From the NCBI RefSeq assembly GCF_000143415.4, contig NW_003314410.1, positions 62,001-126,000 of the forward strand: 64,000 nucleotides of DNA, given 5' to 3'. Below, piece by piece: positions 1 through 9,485 of the stretch (position 1 is its first letter; the number at the start of each line of letters is the position of its first letter). The notes below the pieces were generated by a model, which saw only the letters and a list, made by a program, of their open reading frames with translations, was not told the DNA's origin and searched no databases. Both the position numbers and the translations under genes were made by a program. This stretch comes from Selaginella moellendorffii (lineage: Eukaryota > Plantae > Lycopodiophyta).

Positions 1-175
1 GGGGATTTCCATAGCTCTCGCCCGCCAAGCGCACAAGAAGAAAAAACAATATTACTCACTGGTCTTTGCCCTCATTCAAACAACGGTATATTCCTGCACT
101 GACGGCAGATTCTTGTAACAGAATATTCTATAAGCTAAGCAAGTTTTACTATACACGTTGGAAGATCTTCCTGTT

Positions 176-3100
176 TTAAGCTTCTTCCGACACTGTCACC
201 ATGTTTCTCTGCACGGCCGCTTGCAACGCAGCCTCAGCTTCTACTCGATCGAGCTCCGCTTCGTTTAGATTCTGCGAAAGAACAAGGTTGTTAGTGAAAC
301 TCTCAAGAATTAAAAACAACGCTAAGGGCTCAAGAAGAAACTTGGAAGAGTAACTTAGACCACTTAGCTCAAGTATGAAAAACCAAAAAAAGAAAACTCT
401 AAGAAGCTCAGCAAGATTAACTTAGAACCAATTAGCTCAAAAATGAAAAACTCAAAGAAAAGCATTAAGAAACTTAGAACCACTTACCTCAAGAACAAAC
501 TTGGAAGAGTAACTTAGAACCACTTACCTGTTGGAAGTGATTGAGCAGCCTCTTCATGTTCTTGAGCTCTCTGGTGATATCAGACGCTGCCTTGGACTGC
601 TCCTTCAATTTATCCATCTGGTTCTCGAGAAGGAGAGAAGAAAACTTATGTTAGCGACGGACGAGCGGCTTGAGTACCTGACGCTTGAGTGTTTGTTTTT
701 GTTCCACATTAGATGAGACGACGCCCTCAAACTTTCTAGCCAGAGAGGCTACCTCGGCATTTACCTGGTGGATGCTTCCCATCCTCGTCTCGGCCGAGTC
801 GATGACGGTCCCCATCACGACCATCTGCTGCTTGAGCTTCCCCATCTCGCTCTCCGCCGCCGAGAGCTCGTCCTCGAGCTTCCGAGCCTTGGAGACCGAG
901 CCTTCTCGCTCTCGCACCACCTTTGTAAGCTCCCCCTCCGCGAAGCTCGCCTTGTCCTTGAACTTCCTGGCCACCTTCGCCTCCTTGGCGAGTGCGTCCT
1001 GGAGGATGGCCTTCTCCGTCTCCAGCGACGCCACCTTGACGTTTGCGTCTTGCAAGTCCTTGGACAGAGCGTTGAGGTGCTTGCGGAGGTCGTTCATGGC
1101 GTCCATGGCCTTGGAGAACTCGGACCTCAAGCTCTGGACGAGTAGCTCCTCCCTGGCCAGAGCCTTTTGCGTCTCCATGTACTGCTGCTCCGCCAGCGCC
1201 ACCTTCTTCTTCTCGTCGTTTAGAAGAGCCAGGGTGCCGTCGGCCGTCTGGCGGACGTCTTCTAGCTCCTCTTGGACCTTCTTGTTCACCAGGAACGTTT
1301 CTTTCAGCTTCTCGCTCAGGGACTTCACCTCCATCGACGACGCCTGGAAGCTCGTCCGCGTGTTGTCCAGCTCCTGCTTCATCTGGCTCGTCACCAGTTG
1401 CTCTGCTTGCAGTGACTCTCGCAGCGATTTCAGCTTTGTCTCCGTCATCGCCTTGCTCTCCTCCTTTTGCTTCCTCAGGGACTCTATTTCCTTCTGGTAG
1501 GACGTCAGCTCGGCGCCCAGTGCCGACGCCTCGTTCGTCTTCGCTCGAAGGCTATTGACTGCGGAGTTCAGATCTTCTGTCAACTTTTGCACTGACTCGT
1601 GCTCCCGTGCCACAATTCGCTCCAGTTCTTCCACTTGCTGCTGGAAGTTCTCTATGACGAGGCCGGATTGTTTAGCCTCGGCACGAGCGGCATCCAGCTC
1701 CAAGTTTGCTGCCTGTACTTCGCCTTCCTTGGAAGCTAGTGCCGCATTTACAACTTGAAGCTGCTCCTTGCTCACAGCTTGGAGCTCAGTCAGTTCCTCC
1801 TGTGCTTTGGCCAAGCTTTGCTGCGCTTGCTCTGCTCTCGCTGTTGCCTGCGCGAGACGTTCCTCCAAATCATGCACAGTGTCCCCTCTCTCCTCCAGAC
1901 ATGACTGCGATACGATCAACTCTTTCACGAGGTTTTGTATCCTGTCCTCGGCGTCGACCAACGCAGTTCTCGTAGTGAAAATGTCTGACCGTAGCTCTTG
2001 CTCGGTGTTTTCCTGTTCCTTAATGGTTGCCTCTAGACCAACGAGCTTTTCTTCTCTCTCTCGTATTTGAACTCCTCCATTCCGGACTTCGGTCTCTAGA
2101 CCTTGCCTTCGCTGCTCTTCCTGCACAAGCTTGTCTTCGACGGCTTGCACACTGCTCTCCAGGGCCTGGATTGTTTCTCTGTAGGCCTTCACCTTCTTGT
2201 CAAGGTTCTGATTGACGTTTTTCTGGCTGTCCAGCTTTAGCTGCATCTCCTTTGCATTCGAATTGAGGATGGTAATTTCGTTGCAAAGTTCTACACGTTC
2301 TTCTTCTGATCCGGTCAGCTTATTCATAAGATCCGACTTTTGATCAGCCAACTCCGTATGATGTTTTCTCTTTATGTCGATTATAGCAGCTTGTGATTCT
2401 TCCAATTTCGAGTTGGCCTGGTCGCAACGGCAGATGAGTGTCCATGTCTAGTGACACAAATAGAAATAGCATGTACCTCTGCTAACGCCATCTTCGTAGC
2501 TTTTTTAGCTCGACCTTCCAACCAATATAGCGCACCAAGAACTCCCGATCCGACCACTCCGAATAGATTTAAAAATCCTAGTGGTCCACTCTCCGGAGAG
2601 CTTTTCTGGAATTTAAACACAGTGAGTCAAGCATCGGCAAGTTCTTCGATTACCTCTTCGAGAGCTGTGACTGCCTCTACGACTTTCTCTTCCGGGGACG
2701 AGGAAGATAAAACCGGAGGAGTAGCCGCAACTTGCAACTCCGGAAGTGCTGCAATATCGGATGAGACGCGCTCCACTTCCTTGCCGACTGATAAATCTTC
2801 AGGGGCAGAGCTCGAAACGCTAGCTATAGCTTCCTCGTTGACAGATGGAGCAGGGGTAACGGTCTCCACTTCCTTGCCGACTGATAAATCTTCACTTGAA
2901 ACGCTAGCTATAGCTTCCTCCTTGAGAGATGGTGCAGTGGTACTGGCAGGAGTTTCAATGCTTGCCAATATCTCCGCCCTGCTGGCAATTCTCCTCTCGA
3001 TGGATTGGAGCATGTCGAGCCTCAGTTTCTCGGATTCTGGAACCCAAAGCAAACAAAGTCAAGGTAAATCGAAAAAAGAAGCACTGACCCTCTATGTGTG

Positions 3101-3395
3101 GAACGTCGGATTTTGCTCCTCCCGAGATAAGCAGCACTGGCGACACCAACGCGACGAGCCCCATGACAGACCGCCTGGAGAAGCTCCTGTTGCCCTCCGA
3201 TTTCGCTGTGGAAGCAGCCCCTCTTCTCTCGCTCTTGGCCGAGACGCTGAAGGATTTCCTGGATCTGGCGCTCCCCGGCGGCATCGCGAAGCTCTGCGCA
3301 TCGTAATCCTTGCGAAACTCCGACATCCGGAGCCTGTGAACTGTGGAGCACGGGCACGATGCCGCAAATGCGTTGCCAGCCATGGCCGCGATCAT
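176..3395 (-). CDS. MFP1: MAR-binding filament-like protein 1 (thylakoid-anchored long coiled-coil), multi-exon
   Basis: Transit-peptide-like N-terminus (MAGNAFAAS...) with an SRRSV twin-Arg plus hydrophobic stretch, acidic lumenal region, TM segment FLNLFGVVGSGVLGALYW, then >580 aa heptad coiled coil (ORF 651-2405). Last exon ends ...VSEEA* at 176-178. Start is 3395 or 3383. Confidence 0.85.
330..530. repeat. degenerate tandem repeat (AACTTAGAACCACTTA(G/C)CTCAAG-like units) in the last MFP1 intron
   Basis: Motif recurs near 351, 419, 471 and 511. Confidence 0.8.
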
Positions 3396-3644
3396 CTCGT
3401 CGTCCGCAATCACTTCTCAGCAGCCGCTCATACCTCGATCGATCGATCCATCCGGACGAGAAAATTGGAGCGAGACTTATTCCCGATCGCCCGGAATGGG
3501 TCAGCCCTAATAAAATTTCTACCCCTGCAGTTATACAACGGTAAAAGACAAAATCACGGCCGTTCAAAGTACCATCGTATGGCTCCAGTTTTCCACACGT
3601 TGGCATTTGTTTCTCATGGTCCAGGTTTTTCGTAAGCAAGGTGC

Positions 3645-3673
3645 CACGTGTCAGCGAGGCATCTAACCACGTG
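3645..3673. promoter_or_regulatory. paired G-box/ABRE elements in the divergent MFP1/NAA50 promoter
   Basis: gcCACGTGtc at 3645-3650 and cCACGTGg at 3668-3673 in the ~350-bp head-to-head spacer. Confidence 0.55.
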
Positions 3674-3748
3674 GAGATTTCTATCTGGATGAAGAGATGA
3701 CGATAAAGGTTATTCAAACACGATGGAGCCCTAAACATTTTGGTTTTA

Positions 3749-4708
3749 ATGGAGGAGACTATACGCATTTGCGATGGCGAGAGTGCCAGTGATCTCCGCC
3801 AGAGCCTCCAGCGGCTCAATGCGTGCCTCTTTCCGGTCAAGTACAAGGACACTTACTACCGGGATGCCGTGCTCGCGGGGAGCTACACGAAGCTAGGTCA
3901 GTCGATCTCGGTCGATCAATCAGTCTATGGATCGCATTTGGGTGTTCTATCACTGCATTGCGTAGATATATCGTCGGATCGTGTATCTTTCCAGCGAATT
4001 CTGTCTTCCAGTGTCTAGTTTTTCTAGTGTTATCTTCTTCCTGGGTTCGTGCATTCTTGCAAGACTTTTTCTTCCTTTGCTAGACGTGTTATTTTGACAC
4101 GGTTCTTTTCTTTGAGATCCAAGCTCCTTTCTTCGTTTTCTTCGTGCCTTCCAGCTTTTTACAATGACACTTGATATATTGTGGGATCGTGTATCTTTCC
4201 AGCGAAATCACACTTCCAGTCTCTAGTTTTTCTAGTTTTTTTTATCTTCTTCATGATTTTTCTTCCTTTGCGACACAGTTCTTTTCTTTCAGATTCAAGC
4301 TCCTTTCTTACGTTTTCTTCGTGCCTTCCAGCTTTTTACAAGGACGCTTGCGTTGGCAACATTGCCTGTAGGCTTGAAGAAACAGGCCCTTATATCAGGG
4401 TCTACATTATGACGCTGGGAGTTCTTCCATCTTATCGAAGAATGGGAATAGGTGATTCAAGTTTATTTCGTTGGTTTATTTTTTGATTTGCGAGTTTCTA
4501 TCTAGGCTCAAAGCTCCTCCAAAGTGTGCTGGGCTTGTGCCAACAAGACCCGCGCGTTGTCGATGTTTACTTGCACGTACAAACGAACAACGACGAAGCC
4601 ATGGAGTTTTACAAAAACTTCGACTTCCAGATTGTGGACACTATCTTCAACTATTATATCCGACTTGATCCACCTGATTGCTACGTTCTCTCGCTGCGCT
4701 TGAGATGA
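3749..4708 (+). CDS. NAA50: N-alpha-acetyltransferase 50 (NatE catalytic subunit, GNAT), 3 exons
   Basis: LFPVKYKDTYY...AFYKDACVGNIACRLE...VYIMTLGVLPSYRRMGIGSKLL...YLHVQTNNDEAMEFYKNFDF...YYIRLDPPDCYVL. Exons ~3749-3896, 4332-4451, 4507-4708. Confidence 0.93.
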
Positions 4709-4926
4709 CTCCATTTACTATTCTTTCTTCCTTTGAAAGTAAATCAACACCGATACTGTAGGTGGCCGTCACTGGCAACTTTTGTTCTAACAGTGCTCGC
4801 ATTTTTTTCAGACAATGAAATGTACGTGACTTTTTCACTTGAATACAAAAGCTATTTCCTTGCGAATTCCGTCGGGAGCGCAAATTAAATGTAAGAGACT
4901 CAAGGAATGAGTTTGGTCCAGATTAA

Positions 4927-7678
4927 ATGGATGCCAGTCTGTGGATATGGCTTCTGGTTTCTGCCTCGTCCATCCTACTCGTACATGCCGAAGTTTACAT
5001 TGCGTTGTTAGACGGTGAGCCTGTTGTTCATAACAAGGCAACAACCAAAATCGATAGCTCAAGGTTCTCAATTTCATTAAGTGATAAAGCAGGTTTACGA
5101 GTTTTGTTCCTTTGTGCAGTGATCAAGTCCAGATTTATTCCTCATACTTAACCGCTCAACATGATTTTCTACTTGCGTCCACTTTCGGGGAGGAATCGTA
5201 CACGAAGCTATACAGTTACAGCCATCTGCTTCATGGATTTGCTGTGGATATCACGGAGGAACAAGTAAGAAGAGAATGGATCATATGCGGATTCTTGACA
5301 AATTCAATCCTGTTACAGGCAGCTAAGCTCAAATCCACCCAGGGTGTGAAGCTCGTCACCAAAGAAAGAATCATGCGAGCAGTGACAACGTACACTCCAA
5401 AGCTTTTGGACCTCCAACACGGTGCGTGGCCACAACTTGGCGGCCTAAAACATGCTGGTGAAGGAATTGTCATTGGCATTGTCGACACGGGCATCAACCC
5501 CGATCACCCAAGCTTCGCGGGGAACTCGAAGAAGCCTTTCCGTCCAGTTCCGCACTACAAGGGAAAATGTGTGTCCGGCCATGGTTTTCCGGCGAGTGCT
5601 TGCAACGGGAAAGTAATTGGAGCTCAGTTGTTCGGAAAGTCTGTGGGCTACTCCAATGGAGATGGCACAGCGTTCGATGCTGACGGACATGGAAGGTGCA
5701 GTATTAACTTCAGAAACTTTCCAGTTCTCTAACTTGATATAATCTCGCAGCCATGTAGCGTCAACTGCTGGTGGCAACAGCGGCGTTCCGGTGGTGGTCG
5801 ACGGTGTCAACTACGGACTTGCGAGCGGAATGGCACCTCGTGCACGGATTGCAGTGTACAAAGCAGTGTTTGGTGAGAACGGATTTGTTTCAGATATAAT
5901 TGCAGCCATTGAACAGGTATGAAGGGCAAGTCTCCCTTTTTATAACACTATGCAGGCTGTTCGAGACGGAGTTGATATACTGAACCTGTCACTGGGCTCG
6001 GAAAATGTAACTGATGCGACTTCCGTTTTTATGGACCCGGTTGAGCAAGCGCTGCTCTCTGCTGTTCACGCTGGAGTTTATGTGGTACAGTCCGCCGGGA
6101 ATTTGGGCCCGGCCAAGAGTTCAGTCAGGAGCTTTAGCCCGTGGGTGATGACTGTGGCCGCTGGCAACACTGGACGGCACTACAAGGCGTCAGTGCAGCT
6201 TGGAAACGGGAAAACAATTGATGGTCAAGTATTATCACGTAAGTATGGCCATGTCAATGGTTACGTTTCTTTGCTAACATAAAGATACAGCCCCGACTCC
6301 TCAACGTAAGAGCTACCCGATTCTCATGGCGGAGGACTCGTATGTTGGAAGCAACTATTCGGAAAAGAGCTGCGTCGATTCTTCTCGATTTAACCGGTCT
6401 CTAGTTCGCGGTACAATTTTTGTCTGCCAATACAGCTCCCTCGACAGCATCAGCATTCCAAACGTTCTCAGTGTTGCGCACGCAGCGAAGAACCTGAGTG
6501 CTGCCGGATTCGTAATGCTGCTGGATCCGTCGTCCCCTTACGATGGATACATGACATCCCTATATTCTCTGCCAATTCCGGGGCTCGTCATCAACACTGT
6601 TAATGCTAGCTCGGTGAGCAAACGCTTTCTTCGACCCCAGAATTACTAACGTGTTCTTATTTCAGGAGTTTCTGGATTACTACTCCTCTCAGACCAAAAA
6701 AGCTGTTGCTAGGATCAATAAGAACTCCGTCGAATACAACAGGACCGTCCCGATTGTCGCTCCATATTCGTCTCGCGGGCCTAATCTCTTGAACAACAAG
6801 GAAGAACCCGTCGATGTCCTCAAGCCAAACATTCTTGCTCCTGGTGAAGGGATATGGGGAGCATGGTCTCCATCAGCACCCGTGGAAACAGGTAGAAGTG
6901 CCATTTTCAGTTTCCAGTTTCTCTAAGTCTTGTTTTTCCAGGCTCTAAGTTTGTGCTCTGCTCGGGAACAAGCATGGCAGCTCCTCACATTGCTGGCGTC
7001 GCAGCGCTGATCAAGCAAAAGCACCCGAGCTGGACTCCGGCCATGATTTCTTCGTCCATAATGACTACTGCTTCGGTCGTAGACTCCAAAGGTGGTATCA
7101 TCCAGGCCGTCACTGATCAAGTGGTGATTGGAACACCTTTCGACTTTGGAGCCGGATTTGTTAATGTATCAGCAGCACTGGATCCCGGCATTGTCTTTGA
7201 CGCAGGTAAAGAGAGTAGAAAACTCTTAAGTTCTTCTCATTGATTCTTCAAGTGATGGTCAGGTTATCAAGACTATGTGAGCTTCATGTGCTCGCTCAAC
7301 ACTACGCAGGCCTGGAAAGATGCAGTCAAGCAGGCAACGCACTCCGATTGCTCCATAGCTATGGACGCCGCCTACAATCTCAACTCCCCCTCCATCACCG
7401 TCTCCAGCTTGAAAGGAAACGTTGTCGTCCGGAGAAGAGTTTCCAGCGTGAGCGACGTCGCGGAAACGTACACTGCTGCGCTGGTCCGGCCCGAAAACGT
7501 CACGGCGGACATCGTGCCGGCTACTTTCACTCTTGGACCGCATCAGGAAGCGTCATTCGAGCTCCGCCTCGGCCTCACGGATGGAAAGCTCCTCGCGGAC
7601 TACGTTTTTGGCCAACTTATGCTGGTTGGAGATAGAGGACACTCTGCCCGAGTGTTTATAACTGTGGCATCCAAGTGA
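4927..7678 (+). CDS. subtilisin-like serine protease (S8, SBT2-type), multi-exon
   Basis: Signal peptide, I9 prodomain (KLYSYSHLLHGFAV), catalytic D (IGIVDTG), H (DGHGSHVAST across an intron) and S (SGTSMAAPH), PA domain, C-terminal Fn3-like domain. Confidence 0.93.
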
Positions 7679-7758
7679 CGAGTAAACTCCAGGAAAGATT
7701 GATTTGCAAGTTCCCGCAATAAAAGGTGAACTACCTCGAGAGATTTGTTCTGAAACTC

Positions 7759-8307
7759 CTATTCCAGAGATACATTTCGCTTGGTGTAAGCTTGGGCTTC
7801 CTTGATTTCTTCTGGCGAGAGATTCAATCCCGGTGTTTTCTCGAGGAGCTCCAAGCGATCAGCTTCCACTTGCTCGAGTTTCTTCCGGCAAGCTCTCGTG
7901 CTTCCTGGAGCTCCGTTAGAGCGCTACTAGAACGAAGTGAAGCTCTTACCAGATAGAATGAGGAGATTAAAGAGCGTTGGAATGTTCTCGATGGCACGTA
8001 TGAAAGTTATGGAGCTCCAAATCTTGGTGTACTCCTGGCGGCTGCATCGAACCACGACGATGTTCGTGACAGGATTGAAATACTTCACTGCCGCCAGAAA
8101 GATTAAGGAGCTACACGAAAGATAGATCCATGAGCGAGTACCTTGGAGGTAATTGGCGCAAATGGCAGCGCCGTAGAGGCCGAAATTGTCTTGCACGCTC
8201 TTCTTGATCGCTCCAAAGACGTGCTTCTGCGAGAAGCGATGCTGCTTCTTCCTGGCGGCGTCGATTAGAAGCTCCAGCACCAGGTAGCGCAGCTTGCCTG
8301 CAACCAT
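7759..8307 (-). CDS. POP5: RNase P/MRP subunit POP5 (Rpp14/Pop5 family), 3 exons
   Basis: KLRYLVLE...AIKKSVQDNFGLYGAA...LQ|VKYFNPVT..VVRCSRQEY.KIWSSITFI...LSG|STRACRK; stop at 7759-7761. Confidence 0.88.
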
Positions 8308-8314
8308 CTCCCGA

Positions 8315-8334
8315 AAACCCTAGAAAAACCCTAA
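8315..8334. promoter_or_regulatory. two telo-boxes (AAACCCTA) immediately upstream of POP5
   Basis: AAACCCTA at 8315-8322 and AAACCCTAA at 8326-8334; typical of plant ribosome-biogenesis and translation genes. Confidence 0.65.
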
Positions 8335-8377
8335 ACTATGATTCTATGAAGAACATTAGAATGTTTCTTATTGCCTA

Positions 8378-9007
8378 TCAAAAAAACCATCCAAGAAGAG
8401 AATCCAACCAATTCTTCGCGGCATCCGACCATGGGTGCCACCATTTCCTAGCCTTGTACAACGCAATCGACTCTCTCACGTCCTCCACAGTGGACATCGC
8501 GACTAGAACCGGCAGCAAATCGATGAGCACTCGATCCCTCCGGTGATCTCCCGGCCCAAAGTGAGGCACAACGATCCCATTCCCCGGATACCCACTAAAC
8601 GGCAGAGGAGAGTCGTCAATCCAGATTGTCCTCTTGAGATCGACCTCGGCAAGCCCAAGAATCCCCGGCTCCAGGCTCTTGATGCTCTTCGGGCACGAAT
8701 CGTATCCAATCCTGTGCGACACCAGCTCTTTCGATGGATCGATCACGTCGAAGACCTTGCTCACGACGATCAACGGGGAGTGGCTGAAGACGATGATGTG
8801 GAAGTGTGAGGATAGATCGCGCAGGAATTTGTCCAGCCCTGGGCGCTTGGTGACGAGGAGCTCCTCCGTGTATCGTGGAGAGTGGGGAATCTTAAGCGCG
8901 AAATCGTGCTTGAATTTGGGATCTTTGCACACCGGGCTCTTGATGTTGCAAGAGGTGATGAGAGTGCCATCCATATCCAACACCAGCAAAGGTTTCTTGC
9001 CCTCCAT
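8378..9007 (-). CDS. FCP1/SCP/NIF-family HAD phosphatase (CTD small phosphatase-like), intronless
   Basis: LLVLDMDGTL (DxDxT), KRPGLDKFL, IDP, IWIDDSP, NGIVVPHF, DRVLIDLLPVL. Confidence 0.88.
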   Translation of the reverse strand: MEGKKPLLVLDMDGTLITSCNIKSPVCKDPKFKHDFALKIPHSPRYTEELLVTKRPGLDKFLRDLSSHFHIIVFSHSPLIVVSKVFDVIDPSKELVSHRIGYDSCPKSIKSLEPGILGLAEVDLKRTIWIDDSPLPFSGYPGNGIVVPHFGPGDHRRDRVLIDLLPVLVAMSTVEDVRESIALYKARKWWHPWSDAAKNWLDSLLGWFF

Positions 9008-9096
9008 CTCCACGAACCCTAAATCTGGAGAAGACCTATTTAAGAGCTTTTATGACAGCTAATTAGTGTGTTTTAAGCTAACAAATATTATCAAAG

Positions 9097-9126
9097 CAAC
9101 GGTCTCCTGGCTGACGCAATCCTTTT
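9097..9126 (+). pseudogene. collapsed tRNA-Gly remnant
   Basis: CAACGG joined to CTCCTGGCTGACGCA plus TCCTTTT, preceded by the same TTTTAAGCTAA leader seen before the intact copies. Confidence 0.55.
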
Positions 9127-9238
9127 CGTTGAAGGGCTTTTGTTTAGGGTTTATCCAGCTAACCTTTTTGTCTAAGATAATCATATCGTTTTTTGTTTTC
9201 CAGCTTAGTATCATTTTAATCTAAGCAAGATTATTAAT

Positions 9239-9310
9239 GCGTCAGTAGTCCAACGGCTAGGATAATTGCCTTCCAAGCAATAGACCCGGGTTCGACTCCC
9301 GGCTGACGCA
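9239..9310 (+). tRNA. tRNA-Gly(UCC), copy 1
   Basis: GCGTCAG/CTGACGC acceptor stem, anticodon loop CTTCCAA, GTTCGAC T-loop; 72 nt. Confidence 0.97.
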
Positions 9311-9371
9311 ATTATTGTCTAAAACCTCTAGTTTAGCTTAGTATTATTTTAAGCTAAGTAAGACTGTTAAT

Positions 9372-9443
9372 GCGTCAGTAGTCCAACGGTTACGATAATT
9401 GCCTTCCAAGCAATAGACCCGGGTTCGACTCCCGGCTGACGCA
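9372..9443 (+). tRNA. tRNA-Gly(UCC), copy 2 (D-stem C-C mismatch)
   Basis: Near-identical to copy 1 and followed by a T5 terminator at 9449-9453. Confidence 0.95.
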
Positions 9444-9485
9444 ATTCCTTTTTGCCTCCACGTTTTTAGGGTTTATCTAGAATGC

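Noticed and set aside
330-530. CRISPR-like repeat array
   Set aside because: Eukaryotic intron with degenerate units, no unique equal-length spacers and no cas genes.
9311-9371. tRNA-Gly-snoRNA dicistron as in Arabidopsis
   Set aside because: The spacer has no C/D boxes and is largely the duplicated tRNA leader.
7759-9443. Functional cluster of POP5 with tRNA genes
   Set aside because: Land plants process tRNA 5' ends with PRORP, and proximity is expected by chance at this gene density.
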